Assembly: GCA_048886185.1 (NCBI GenBank)
Contig: JBHLKY010000008.1
Location: 30,001-62,000 of the forward strand
Reading direction: 5' to 3'
Origin: Candidatus Hermodarchaeota archaeon
Lineage (GTDB): Archaea > Asgardarchaeota > Heimdallarchaeia > Hodarchaeales > Hodarchaeaceae
Length of the DNA: 32,000 bases
The position numbers and the translations under genes were made by a program. The notes beneath the pieces were generated by a model, which had not been told where the DNA came from, ran no database searches, and was given only the letters and a program-made list of their open reading frames with translations. Shown piece by piece: positions 16,731-25,914 of this stretch. The number at the start of each line of letters is the position of its first letter. Within the stretch, counting starts at the first letter, position 1.

Positions 16731-17307
16731 TTTTACTTATCCTCGGGAAGAAGGACATATGGAGCTCCCAGTTCCAGCTCAAGTTGTAGATAAGAATGTT
16801 ATTGTTTGGAACCCAGAACAGGGCAGTTATATCTACCAATTAGGTTATTTCGGCAAACCGGTGGGAATTAGAAAACCAAAATCCCCTAGATTTGATCGTC
16901 CATTAGAGTTAACTCTTTTAGAAGCTGTTTTTTTACAGGAAAAGAATATAATTTCGATTTATGATGGAGAATTGAAGCTTTCAAAGGAAGCTTTTCTAGA
17001 AATTTGCAATGAAAGATTTTCCAAGTTTGAGGACTTTTATGCGGTTTATTTAGATCTTCGTAAAAAACGTTACATCGTTCGTCCTGGGTTGAAATTTGGA
17101 ACCGATTTTGCTGTTTATCGTAGGGGGCCAGGAATAGATCATTCCCCATTTTTAATTTCGATGTTTCCAAGAAAATCTCGGATCGAACCAATTGATTTAG
17201 TACGTGCTGGCCGATTAGCGACCTCTGTTAGGAAAAGATATGTCATTGCAACAGTTCTATCAGATCAACAAATCAGATACTATGTATTTCAGTGGAATAG
17301 ACCCTAA
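16723..17307 (+). CDS. endA: tRNA-splicing endonuclease (tRNA-intron lyase)
   Basis: LTLLEAVFL, VRPGLKFGTDFAVYRRGPGIDHS, RLATSVRK (Tyr/His/Lys triad). ATG at 16723 overlaps the upstream stop. Confidence 0.95.
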   Translation: MSDFTYPREEGHMELPVPAQVVDKNVIVWNPEQGSYIYQLGYFGKPVGIRKPKSPRFDRPLELTLLEAVFLQEKNIISIYDGELKLSKEAFLEICNERFSKFEDFYAVYLDLRKKRYIVRPGLKFGTDFAVYRRGPGIDHSPFLISMFPRKSRIEPIDLVRAGRLATSVRKRYVIATVLSDQQIRYYVFQWNRP

Positions 17308-17314
17308 AAACAAT

Positions 17315-17977
17315 TTAAGAGTCATTAAAGGCAGATGAATATATTCCAGCTTTAGGTTCAAAAAACTCCCCAGATTCTAACAATTCTGTAATAGCGTCAT
17401 CAATTTGAACCTCATCAATATCAGGAAAATTTTTAACCAATTGATCATATGTAACCCCATGTCCCTTGTCTAATTTTTTAACAATTTCCTTAATTTTAGC
17501 TTTCAAATCTTCTATAGAAGCAACACCTCCAAGTTGAATTCCTCCAACTGTTGCAGACTTGACTCCAATTGAGGTTGTATGCTGAAGCTGTTGGATGATT
17601 TTCAATCTATGAACTAAGAACCAGTAATCATCTAAAACGTATTGGACTATATCAGGGGATAAAAAAACATCTATATCTTCATTTCTCTCTGTAATCTGTA
17701 TTTTTCCCAAAACTTCGATTTTATCCCATTTCTGAAATTGATCAAGTTTCCCATCCCATGCTTTGACTACCATCACCCCACTCCCATCCTCCACTTTTAA
17801 ACCCACATAGTTGTTTTCACCAGAATATCTTTCAGTGATAATTCCCATAATCCAAATTCGAAATAAATACATCCCTGTTGGTGTAACTATTTTCCAACGA
17901 TCCTCATCATCTTGAATAACTTGTGAGCGGACTATATTGTCAATTCGTATTCGCTTATAGGCATTACGTCGTTGGAT
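17315..17977 (-). CDS. Replication protein A subunit RPA32-like (OB fold + C-terminal winged helix); start uncertain, possibly non-canonical
   Basis: RIWIMGII, LKVEDGSGVMVVKAW, EVLGKI, WFLVHRL match archaeal RPA32; C-terminal wHTH GVTYDQL...AITELLESGEFFEP. Frame stays open and RPA32-like for 35 codons upstream of ATG 17872. Confidence 0.8.
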   Translation of the reverse strand: MQRRNAYKRIRIDNIVRSQVIQDDEDRWKIVTPTGMYLFRIWIMGIITERYSGENNYVGLKVEDGSGVMVVKAWDGKLDQFQKWDKIEVLGKIQITERNEDIDVFLSPDIVQYVLDDYWFLVHRLKIIQQLQHTTSIGVKSATVGGIQLGGVASIEDLKAKIKEIVKKLDKGHGVTYDQLVKNFPDIDEVQIDDAITELLESGEFFEPKAGIYSSAFNDS

Positions 17978-18003
17978 TAAGCATTCCTCCTAATATTATA
18001 CCT

Positions 18004-18453
18004 TCATTTTACCCAAGCTTCATTTGTAAGCTCATATTCCACTAACTCATCATCATTAAAGAAGATACCAAGCTCATATTGAGCCCTTTCAATCGCGTCA
18101 GAAGCATGCACAATATTCTTTGTTAAATCAAGACCAAAGTCTCCACGAATCGTTCCTGATTCAGCTTCAGGGGAGTTTGTAATCCCAGCTAGCTTTCGAA
18201 TGACTTTCACAGCATTTGTGCCCTGAATTGCAATAGCAACAACAGGCCCAGAGAGAATGAATGATTTTAACGATAGATAAAAACTTTTTCCAATATGAAT
18301 ATCATATAATTGGTCTACCATGGAATCATTTAATTTTAAAATTCTTAAACCAACAATTTTAAGCCCTTTTTCTTCAATACGTGAAATAATACGTCCAATT
18401 AAGGCTCTCTGGACTGCATCGGGTTTGATCATTAAAAAGGTGGTTTCAGTCAT
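18004..18453 (-). CDS. ndk: Nucleoside diphosphate kinase
   Basis: TFLMIKPDAVQR, GTIRGDFG, NIVHASD. ATG at 18453 or GTG at 18462. Confidence 0.97.
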   Translation of the reverse strand: MTETTFLMIKPDAVQRALIGRIISRIEEKGLKIVGLRILKLNDSMVDQLYDIHIGKSFYLSLKSFILSGPVVAIAIQGTNAVKVIRKLAGITNSPEAESGTIRGDFGLDLTKNIVHASDAIERAQYELGIFFNDDELVEYELTNEAWVK

Positions 18454-18828
18454 CCTTTTCACTCAAAGTTATTGATTAGGAATGTGTTCTTGATTCTAGT
18501 CGTTAATTTGAATCGGATTTGTTAACCAATAAGAAGATTCCGAAGAGATAGTTTTTGAAATCACCATTTCATTAAATAATTAAATTATTGACAAGGTGAA
18601 ATTATCATAAAAAACGCAAACTAAGAATTTTGAACCCAAAAGAGGAAAAAATTATTTAAAATTTTTAAAAGTGAATTATAAACCGAGTTGTTTGAGCAGA
18701 GCGTCCTGTTTCGGCCTACCTACAAACAACTATAACACGAAAAATTAGCTATACCTCAAACGAGAATTTAATATTCATTAATAACAACCTATATCCTAGC
18801 AGATGTTGAATATAAGGTTCTGAATAGA

Positions 18829-18836
18829 TATATAAA
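18829..18836 (+). promoter_or_regulatory. Candidate TATA box for a near-leaderless hppA transcript
   Basis: TATATAAA starting 24 nt before the ATG at 18853. Confidence 0.35.
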
Positions 18837-18852
18837 AAGGAAAAGTGGAATC

Positions 18853-21351
18853 ATGTTCACGACATTTATGCAATTAGACATTTTTGCACAGTTGATCCTT
18901 ATTGGGGTCATCATTGTTGCTATTATAAGCTTCATCTATTCTTGGTGGTTAAGACAAGATGTAATGAAGCAAGACACTGGAACAGATGAAATGAAAAAAG
19001 TCTGGTATGCCATCAAGGAAGGCGCTGATGCATATCTTTGGAAACAATTAAAAACTATATTACCAATTGTAATAATTCTAACTGGTGCTCTCTTTCTTAG
19101 TGTATATTTAGTTCATCCTTCAAGAGCAGCGGAGGATGAATTTGCTGCAGTTGGACTCGATCCTGTATTGATGATAGCTATTGGAAGAACAGTGGCTTTT
19201 ATGTTAGGAGCTGGTTTTTCCTTGATGGTTGGTCAATTTGGTATGAGAATTGCTGTTCATGGTAATCTACGTGTTGCTGCAGCTGCAGCAGGAGCCATGG
19301 ATGAAAATGGTAAACTCTTAGATGTAGACAGGCGTTATAACAAAGCACTTTCAATAGCTTACCATGCTGGAACTGTCACAGGAATGTTAACTGATGGTTT
19401 TGGATTGTTAGGGGGTACAGCTATTTTCATTGCCTTTGGAACAGCTGCTCCTGACGCACTCCTAGGTTTTGGCTTTGGTGGAACTATACTTGCTCTTTTC
19501 ATGAGAGTAGGTGGTGGTATTTATACAAAAGCTGCTGATGTTGGAGCTGATCTTGTGGGTAAAGTCGAAAAGGATATTCCTGAAGATGATCCACGAAATG
19601 CTGCTGTGATAGCAGATTTAGTTGGAGATAATGTTGGTGATTGTGCTGGTATGGCAGCTGATATCTTCGAGTCATATGAAGTTACAATTGTTTCTTCTCT
19701 AATATTAGGACTTTTCCTCTTCGAATTGTCTGGAGGAATAGTAGACGGCCATATTGTTGGTGATCTTGTCTGGATTATGTTCCCACTAATCGTGAGAGGA
19801 ATTGGGGTAATTAGCTCAATAATTGGTACTTTTGCAGTAGCTTTATGGAAAACACCTGACGCAGAAAAAGCTATGTTTAATTCATATGAATTATCAAGTG
19901 CAATTACCATTACTACGTCAGCAATATTTGCTATCTTCTACGTTGGTGATTGGAGGCTTGCCCTTCTTATTGCTACAGGTGTTATGCTTGCTGTATCATT
20001 TAATCCTATTACCGCTAGATTTACATCTAAAGAGCGAGGCCCTGTTAAAGAGGTGGTAGATTCAATGCATGGTGGGCCAGCAACAACTATCCTATCAGGA
20101 TTAGCTCTGGGTTATGAATCCAGTGTATGGGCTGTTGTTGTGATCTGTATTTCTTTTGTAATCTCAGTAGGAACATTCCTTTTAATACCTGGAAATGAGA
20201 TTTTTGGAGGATTTCTTGGTATTAAAACATTATTAGTAATGAAAGAAGAGATTCTTCAATACATGCTTTATGGTATAGCACTTATCGGTATTGGTATGCT
20301 ATCTCATACTGGTAACAATGTAGCTATGGACTCTTTTGGTCCCATCAGTGATAATGCTCAAGGGATTGCAGAAATGACATCAATGGATAAGGAATCTGCA
20401 AGTGTACTTGAAGAGTTAGATGCAGTCGGTAATACAACTAAAGCGATCACTAAAGGAATTGCTATTGCTTCAGCTGTTATAGCTGCTGTGAGTTTATTTG
20501 CATCATTTGTTACGGATGTCCAAGTAGTAGTAGATAATTTACAAGAGGCTGGGATACAGATAACGAATCCATTATTAAATGGCCTCCGTGTGAATATCCC
20601 TGCTGTATTTGTGGGACTTCTCTTAGGTGCCGCTTTACCATGGATATTTGCAGCTTTCAATATTCGGGCAGTTAGTCGAGCTGCTAGAGATATTATCGAA
20701 GAGGTGAGAAGACAATTCAAGATTCCAGGTATAATGGAAGGAACCAAGAAACCAGATTATGAGCGAGCGGTTTCTATTTCTACTAGCGCTGCTCAAAAGG
20801 AATTAGTTAGTTTAGCGGTCATTGCAGTATCAATACCGATAATAGTGGGCATTATCTTTGGAGCAATGATCATTTTAGGGTTAGATATATTAGCAGCCGA
20901 TCTTGACGCTGCATCACGTGAGACGATTCGGTCGACAATTGGCTCTGGAGTGGAGGTATTAGGTGGGTTCCAAGCTGGTATCATCGCTTCTGGACAATTG
21001 TTAGCCGTATTTATGGCAAACGCAGGTGGTGCATGGGATAATGCGAAGAAAGCGGTAGAAGATGAGCCTAGGGATAGCGATAAGAATATGGGGAAAGGCT
21101 CTGAACGTCATAAAGCTGGTGTTGTTGGTGATACTGTAGGAGATCCGTTGAAAGATACTGCTGGTCCAGCTCTGAATCCAATGATCAAGGTTGTCAACCT
21201 TATAAGCCTGATCCTAGCCCCACTGTTAGTTGAAGCATCTGTGAATTCCGACCTTAGCGTCATTTTAGTGATTGTTGCTATAGTGCTTTTTGTGCTATTT
21301 ATTTGGGCTTATAGAAAGAGTAATCGTAAAACTTCTCCTCTTACAACATAA
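18853..21351 (+). CDS. hppA: Membrane-bound H+-translocating pyrophosphatase, K+-independent signature
   Basis: GGGIYTKAADVGADLVGKVE, EDDPRN, DNVGD, DAVGNTTKA, GGAWDNAKK, GDTVGDPLKDTAGP. Confidence 0.97.
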   Translation: MFTTFMQLDIFAQLILIGVIIVAIISFIYSWWLRQDVMKQDTGTDEMKKVWYAIKEGADAYLWKQLKTILPIVIILTGALFLSVYLVHPSRAAEDEFAAVGLDPVLMIAIGRTVAFMLGAGFSLMVGQFGMRIAVHGNLRVAAAAAGAMDENGKLLDVDRRYNKALSIAYHAGTVTGMLTDGFGLLGGTAIFIAFGTAAPDALLGFGFGGTILALFMRVGGGIYTKAADVGADLVGKVEKDIPEDDPRNAAVIADLVGDNVGDCAGMAADIFESYEVTIVSSLILGLFLFELSGGIVDGHIVGDLVWIMFPLIVRGIGVISSIIGTFAVALWKTPDAEKAMFNSYELSSAITITTSAIFAIFYVGDWRLALLIATGVMLAVSFNPITARFTSKERGPVKEVVDSMHGGPATTILSGLALGYESSVWAVVVICISFVISVGTFLLIPGNEIFGGFLGIKTLLVMKEEILQYMLYGIALIGIGMLSHTGNNVAMDSFGPISDNAQGIAEMTSMDKESASVLEELDAVGNTTKAITKGIAIASAVIAAVSLFASFVTDVQVVVDNLQEAGIQITNPLLNGLRVNIPAVFVGLLLGAALPWIFAAFNIRAVSRAARDIIEEVRRQFKIPGIMEGTKKPDYERAVSISTSAAQKELVSLAVIAVSIPIIVGIIFGAMIILGLDILAADLDAASRETIRSTIGSGVEVLGGFQAGIIASGQLLAVFMANAGGAWDNAKKAVEDEPRDSDKNMGKGSERHKAGVVGDTVGDPLKDTAGPALNPMIKVVNLISLILAPLLVEASVNSDLSVILVIVAIVLFVLFIWAYRKSNRKTSPLTT

Positions 21352-21376
21352 GACTCCCGAAAAATTTCTTTAACCT

Positions 21377-21408
21377 GTGGATTACTCCCCACTTTTTTAT
21401 TTTTTATT
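21377..21408 (+). terminator. Possible terminator after hppA
   Basis: Short GTGG...CCAC stem followed by TTTTTTATTTTTTATT. Confidence 0.4.
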
Positions 21409-21648
21409 AATAGGAGTTATACGATGCATATTGAGCTTTTAAATAGCCTTATGTCTTTATCCAATTTATATGATATATTTGTGACCTAAAAGAAATTCAT
21501 AATGCAATTGTTTTTTCTTCAACGGAAAGCAATGTGATATTTTTCACAGCATCCTATTGATTTTACAGCAGAAAGACTCAATAATCTAGCGAATAAATTC
21601 CAAAATGACCTATTTTTTAGTTGTTGCAGCACTAGGGCAGGCTATGTT

Positions 21649-22200
21649 ATGTACTACCTAACTCGAATCCGTGAAACTGTTCGTGTTCCCCCAAATCGAT
21701 TTGGTGAATCGATAGAGAACGTTATACTTGACATCTCGCGCACCAAAAATGAAACCACCATTGGTTCTGACGTTGGAATGATTGTAGCTGTTCTCTCGAT
21801 TCTCGAAGTTTCCCCAGGACGCATAGTCCCAGGAGATGGAGCTACATTTCATGATGTTGAGTATGAAGCTATTACCTTTAGGCCTCTAGATGATGAAGTT
21901 TCAGAGGGAGAAGTTGTTGAAACAACTAAATTTGGTTTCTTCATGAGAATAGGCTGTACTGACGCATTAGCGCATATTAGTCAAATCGCTGATGAATATT
22001 TTCAAATATCTTCACGTTCTTCAGGCGTCTTAGTAGGAAGAGAATCAGGCCGCACTATTAGACCTGGAGATCTGGTTCGTGGGAAAATCATCACAGCTAC
22101 AGTCGATCATGTAAGTATGAAAATTGCAGTCACAATGAAAGGGGAAGGCCTTGGTCTGAAAAGCTGGCTAGATCAATCTGAGACAAAGGAGGCAGCTTAA
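21649..22200 (+). CDS. rpoE1: RNA polymerase subunit Rpo7 (E')
   Basis: VRVPPNRFG, GDGATFH, EVSEGEVV, FGFFMRIG..DALAHISQI. Confidence 0.95.
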   Translation: MYYLTRIRETVRVPPNRFGESIENVILDISRTKNETTIGSDVGMIVAVLSILEVSPGRIVPGDGATFHDVEYEAITFRPLDDEVSEGEVVETTKFGFFMRIGCTDALAHISQIADEYFQISSRSSGVLVGRESGRTIRPGDLVRGKIITATVDHVSMKIAVTMKGEGLGLKSWLDQSETKEAA

Positions 22201-22202
22201 TA

Positions 22203-22394
22203 TTGGTAAAACTTAAAGCGTGTAAGAAGTGCAATAGCATTGTTCATGGTGAGGAAGTATGCCCTATCTGTAAAACACATAATCACCTATCAAGATCCTT
22301 CGTTGGTATGGTCATTATCAGAGATGTAAAAAGTAAAATTGCGCACAAATTAAACGTCACACGCCCTGGGAAATATGCCATTAAAGTCCGCTAG
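22203..22394 (+). CDS. spt4: Transcription elongation factor Spt4 (RpoE'')
   Basis: ACKKC...CPIC, PGKYAIKVR; directly follows rpoE1. Confidence 0.93.
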   Translation: MVKLKACKKCNSIVHGEEVCPICKTHNHLSRSFVGMVIIRDVKSKIAHKLNVTRPGKYAIKVR

Positions 22395-22995
22395 AGGCTT
22401 CTTCTTGGGATATAAACTACCAGAAAAACTTCGAGTATCCTTACGTACTCCAATTGGAAAATTATTTACAGGATCGGGACAAAGGGCAGCCAAAGATGCA
22501 AAAAGCTATATAGAAAGAAATAAACCTTTAATCACAATAGCCATTGGAGATTTTTGCACTCGATCATTATTTGATGTCGATTTCCTCCCTGATATTGTAA
22601 TTTATGATGGAAAAACCCTCAGAAAAAACAAAATTAATCTTAATCTTGAGCTATATCACGACATGAATGTTGAAAATCCTCCTGAATGGATCTCGAAGGT
22701 CGCGTGGACGAAACTTGAAAGTGCAATTAAACAAATACAAACTTATACTGCAGGTAAATACCGCGTCGCTGTCAGGATTAATGGCGAAGAGGATCTTTTA
22801 GTTATCCCTGCTATTATCTCATTACCCCTAGGAAGTATGGTCGTCTATGGTCAACCCCCTATTAATACTGATGAAGGAATCGTTGTAGCCCTGATCACTT
22901 CTTCCTTAAAGAAACTAGCGAAAGAGTTATTAGATAAATTTGAAGTTTATGAGGAAATAATTGATGGAAACCACGATAATCGAGGAAAAGTATAA
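22375..22995 (+). CDS. GTP-dependent dephospho-CoA kinase (DUF359 family); start may be TTG at 22405
   Basis: IAIGD, IYDGKTLR, VENPP..IS, INGEEDLL, VVYGQP...GIV; conserved position after spt4. Confidence 0.88.
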   Translation: MPLKSARGFFLGYKLPEKLRVSLRTPIGKLFTGSGQRAAKDAKSYIERNKPLITIAIGDFCTRSLFDVDFLPDIVIYDGKTLRKNKINLNLELYHDMNVENPPEWISKVAWTKLESAIKQIQTYTAGKYRVAVRINGEEDLLVIPAIISLPLGSMVVYGQPPINTDEGIVVALITSSLKKLAKELLDKFEVYEEIIDGNHDNRGKV

Positions 22996-23266
22996 CCCAT
23001 TAATCGGTCGAAAAGAGGTTGATGTTCTCCTTACTCATTTAGGTGAGGTAACGCCAACACGAGAAGCCGTTAGATCAAAAATTGCTGCTCTCTTAAATGT
23101 AGATCTAAATCATGTTATCGTACAAAGTATTGATGGACACTTTGGGGAGCCAAGATCACGTGTGACTATTCATTGTTATGATAATGCAGAAGATGTCTTT
23201 GTTTATGAGCCAAAATACCGTTTAAAACGCAATAAACTTACCAAAGAAGAGAACAAAAAGAGTTGA
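22964..23266 (+). CDS. rps24e: 30S ribosomal protein S24e
   Basis: NPLIGRKEV, TPTREAVRSKIA, FGEPRS; operon position. Confidence 0.93.
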   Translation: METTIIEEKYNPLIGRKEVDVLLTHLGEVTPTREAVRSKIAALLNVDLNHVIVQSIDGHFGEPRSRVTIHCYDNAEDVFVYEPKYRLKRNKLTKEENKKS

Positions 23267-23271
23267 GAATA

Positions 23272-23433
23272 ATGAATCCACGAAGAAACCCTACGAAAGC
23301 ATTTTACGAAATTGATTATAAAAAAGGTACGATAAAACGAACTCACAAATTCTGCCCTCGTTGTAAAGGATCATTTATGGCACGCCATAAAGATCGTATT
23401 TCCTGCGGTTTATGTGGATATTCTGAGTTTTAA
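23272..23433 (+). CDS. rps27ae: 30S ribosomal protein S27ae (53 aa, not in the ORF track)
   Basis: Manual translation MNPRRNPTKAFYEIDYKKGTIKRTHKFCPRCKGSFMARHKDRISCGLCGYSEF*; CPRC...CGLCG zinc ribbon; follows rps24e. Confidence 0.93.
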   Translation: MNPRRNPTKAFYEIDYKKGTIKRTHKFCPRCKGSFMARHKDRISCGLCGYSEF

Positions 23434-23462
23434 TTTTTGAAAAAACCCTTTCTGATATTAAT

Positions 23463-24455
23463 ATGAAAACTAATGAACCAATTATTTTAGGATTTGAAGG
23501 AACCGCGCATACAGCTGGAATTGGTCTGGTACAAGGAAACCAGATTGTCCAAAATATATCTGCTGTTTATCTTCCAGTAGAGGGAGGAATTCATCCAAGA
23601 CAAGCTGCCGAATTTCTCGCTAAAAGATTTCCAAAGTTATTAAAGCAGATTTTCAACAAAATTCCCTTTGAAGCAAAAGAGATTGATGCAGTTGCTTTTT
23701 CTCAAGGCCCAGGATTAGGCCCATGCCTTAGAATTACAGCTACAATTGCTCGTGCGATTTCTTTATTTCTAGAAAAACCATTGATTGGCGTGAACCATTG
23801 TATTGCTCATGTAGAACTTGGTAGAATAATTACACCAGCTCAAGATCCAATGGTTCTTTATGTAAGCGGAGGAAATACCCAACTTATCACTTTCTTGAAT
23901 GGAAGATATCGTATCCTAGGGGAAACCTTGGATATTGCTATCGGTAATGCATTAGACTCACTTGGAAGGAGTTTAGGCTTACCACATCCTGGAGGCCCTC
24001 ACATTGAGCAACAAGCAGAGGAGGGGCAAAGTTTGCTTTCTCTTCCATATGCGATCAAGGGAATGTCTTTTTCTTTTTCAGGAGTAGTAACTGCTGCCCA
24101 AAAGCTTATTCCAAATCATTCTATCCCTGATATTTGCTATTCATTTCAAGAATATACTTTTGCTGCGCTGGCTGAGGCAACAGAAAGAGCATTATCATGT
24201 ACTAAAAAACCTTCCATTCTACTAACTGGTGGAGTGGCAGCAAATAAAAGACTTCAAAAAATGATACATGGAGTGGCATCAGAACAAGATTCCAAATTCT
24301 TTGTGGTTCCAAAAAAGCTCGCAGGAGATAATGGAGCAATGATTGCTTTAGCAGGAGTGAATATGTATAAAGTGAAGGATTTTATTTCCGTTAACCAAAG
24401 TCAGGTGAAACCCCGCTGGCGAACAAACCAAGTGGATGTGAAATGGATCCATTGA
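23463..24455 (+). CDS. kae1: KEOPS tRNA t6A threonylcarbamoyltransferase Kae1
   Basis: LGFEGTAHT, GGIHP, FSQGPGLGPCL, VNHCIAHVE, VSGGNT, GETLDIAIGN, GDNGAMIA. Confidence 0.97.
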   Translation: MKTNEPIILGFEGTAHTAGIGLVQGNQIVQNISAVYLPVEGGIHPRQAAEFLAKRFPKLLKQIFNKIPFEAKEIDAVAFSQGPGLGPCLRITATIARAISLFLEKPLIGVNHCIAHVELGRIITPAQDPMVLYVSGGNTQLITFLNGRYRILGETLDIAIGNALDSLGRSLGLPHPGGPHIEQQAEEGQSLLSLPYAIKGMSFSFSGVVTAAQKLIPNHSIPDICYSFQEYTFAALAEATERALSCTKKPSILLTGGVAANKRLQKMIHGVASEQDSKFFVVPKKLAGDNGAMIALAGVNMYKVKDFISVNQSQVKPRWRTNQVDVKWIH

Positions 24456-25105
24456 TAATAGTACAAAGAGAAATTCTTGCTAAGGGGGCTGAAGCAACAA
24501 TATACCGCGGCGAATTTCTGCAAATTCCTGTAATTCTTAAACATCGCCTTCCAAAAACTTATAGATTGTCACAAATTGATCAAACAATCCGAATACATCG
24601 ATTAAGAGCAGAAGCTCGTATTATGATTGAAGCGTGGAAAATTGGTGTTAAAGTTCCTGTTCTTTATGGAATTGATTCGATGAATTACACTCTAATAATA
24701 GAGGAAATAGAAGGAATAATTCTCTATATTTTAATGAGTTCAACTCCTTTAACAAATTTAAAGCCTATTTTTGAAGAATTAGGAGAACAAATTGGCCTTC
24801 TTCATAGGAATGATATAATCCACGGCGACTTAACTGTTTTTAATGTCATTATTAAACAGGAAAACAAGTCTTGGCTGATCGATTTTGGCTTAGGACAGAT
24901 ATCAGACGAAATAGAGAAAAAAGCTGACGATTTACTGACATTTTATAGTACATTAAAGGCAATCACGGCAAACCATTTAGTATTGTTTGAAGTATTTCAG
25001 CTAGGATATTTTAAGGTATATGAGAAAGGTAGGAAAACTATTGAACATATGAAAAAGATTCAAAGTCGGGCCAGATACATCGCAAGGGAAGATCGACTAG
25101 AATGA
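24443..25105 (+). CDS. bud32: KEOPS kinase/ATPase Bud32
   Basis: KGAEA, KHRLPKTYR, IIHGDLT..N, LIDFGLG; overlaps the kae1 stop. Confidence 0.95.
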   Translation: MDPLIIVQREILAKGAEATIYRGEFLQIPVILKHRLPKTYRLSQIDQTIRIHRLRAEARIMIEAWKIGVKVPVLYGIDSMNYTLIIEEIEGIILYILMSSTPLTNLKPIFEELGEQIGLLHRNDIIHGDLTVFNVIIKQENKSWLIDFGLGQISDEIEKKADDLLTFYSTLKAITANHLVLFEVFQLGYFKVYEKGRKTIEHMKKIQSRARYIAREDRLE

Positions 25106-25129
25106 AAAATACATCTGGAGCTGTCATTC

Positions 25130-25891
25130 ATGAAGTTCAAAATTTTTATTGAGCAGCCTGAAATTTTAGATCAATGTCATGTTTTTATAAGTGGATGGCA
25201 TGGACTAGGAGAAATAGGATACATTACTGTTTCTCATTTTGTTCAAGAATTGAAAATGCAACGAATAGCAACCATTATGTCAAGTGGGGCCCCACCATTT
25301 ATTTCTGTACAGGACAATCAATTGAGATTACCATTTGAAATTTATGGAGATGAAGAACTGGATTTTGCTGTGTTTATTCCTCATCTTCAACCATACCGTC
25401 ATGTTCAAATTGAATTTTCAGAAAAACTCTCAGAGTGGATCTTGGGCAATAAAAACTTTGAAATTGCTTATTTTATAGGAGGAGTAGATAAAAATCTAAA
25501 GGTTTCAGACAATCCACTACAATATATTCCAAGCCGTGCGCTATATTCCTACTCCAGCTTACCAGATGGATTTACAGAAGAAGTAAAAACGAATTTACTA
25601 GATTCCGGATTATTTGTTGCTGGTCCACTTGCCATTATGCTTGGATATCTTGACATGAACATGTTTCCTGCAATTGGTCTTCTTGCTTATGCAGAACGCG
25701 AACGTCCTGATCCATTAGGAGCAGTTGCAGTAGTAGATAAACTTAACATCCTATTGAAAGTGAAAGTTAAAACTAAAAAACTAATACGAAATGCGGAAGT
25801 CATTGAAGAGGAGATTAAAAGGCAATTGGCTCCAATGGAAGAGACCAACAAAGAAAAGATTCCTCTTGGAGATAGACGTATGTATACATAA
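25130..25891 (+). CDS. PAC2 family proteasome assembly chaperone-like protein
   Basis: ISGWHGLGEIGYITVSHF, YFIGG, GPLAIML, PDPLGA. Confidence 0.85.
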   Translation: MKFKIFIEQPEILDQCHVFISGWHGLGEIGYITVSHFVQELKMQRIATIMSSGAPPFISVQDNQLRLPFEIYGDEELDFAVFIPHLQPYRHVQIEFSEKLSEWILGNKNFEIAYFIGGVDKNLKVSDNPLQYIPSRALYSYSSLPDGFTEEVKTNLLDSGLFVAGPLAIMLGYLDMNMFPAIGLLAYAERERPDPLGAVAVVDKLNILLKVKVKTKKLIRNAEVIEEEIKRQLAPMEETNKEKIPLGDRRMYT

Positions 25892-25914
25892 ATTTTTCAA
25901 TTTACTAAATAGCC

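Noticed and set aside
18463-18600. rpl24e expected upstream of ndk
   Set aside because: Only a 23-codon minus-strand ORF without the L24e zinc motif is present.
19521-20984. Three antisense ORFs within hppA
   Set aside because: Typical antisense open frames of a hydrophobic gene.
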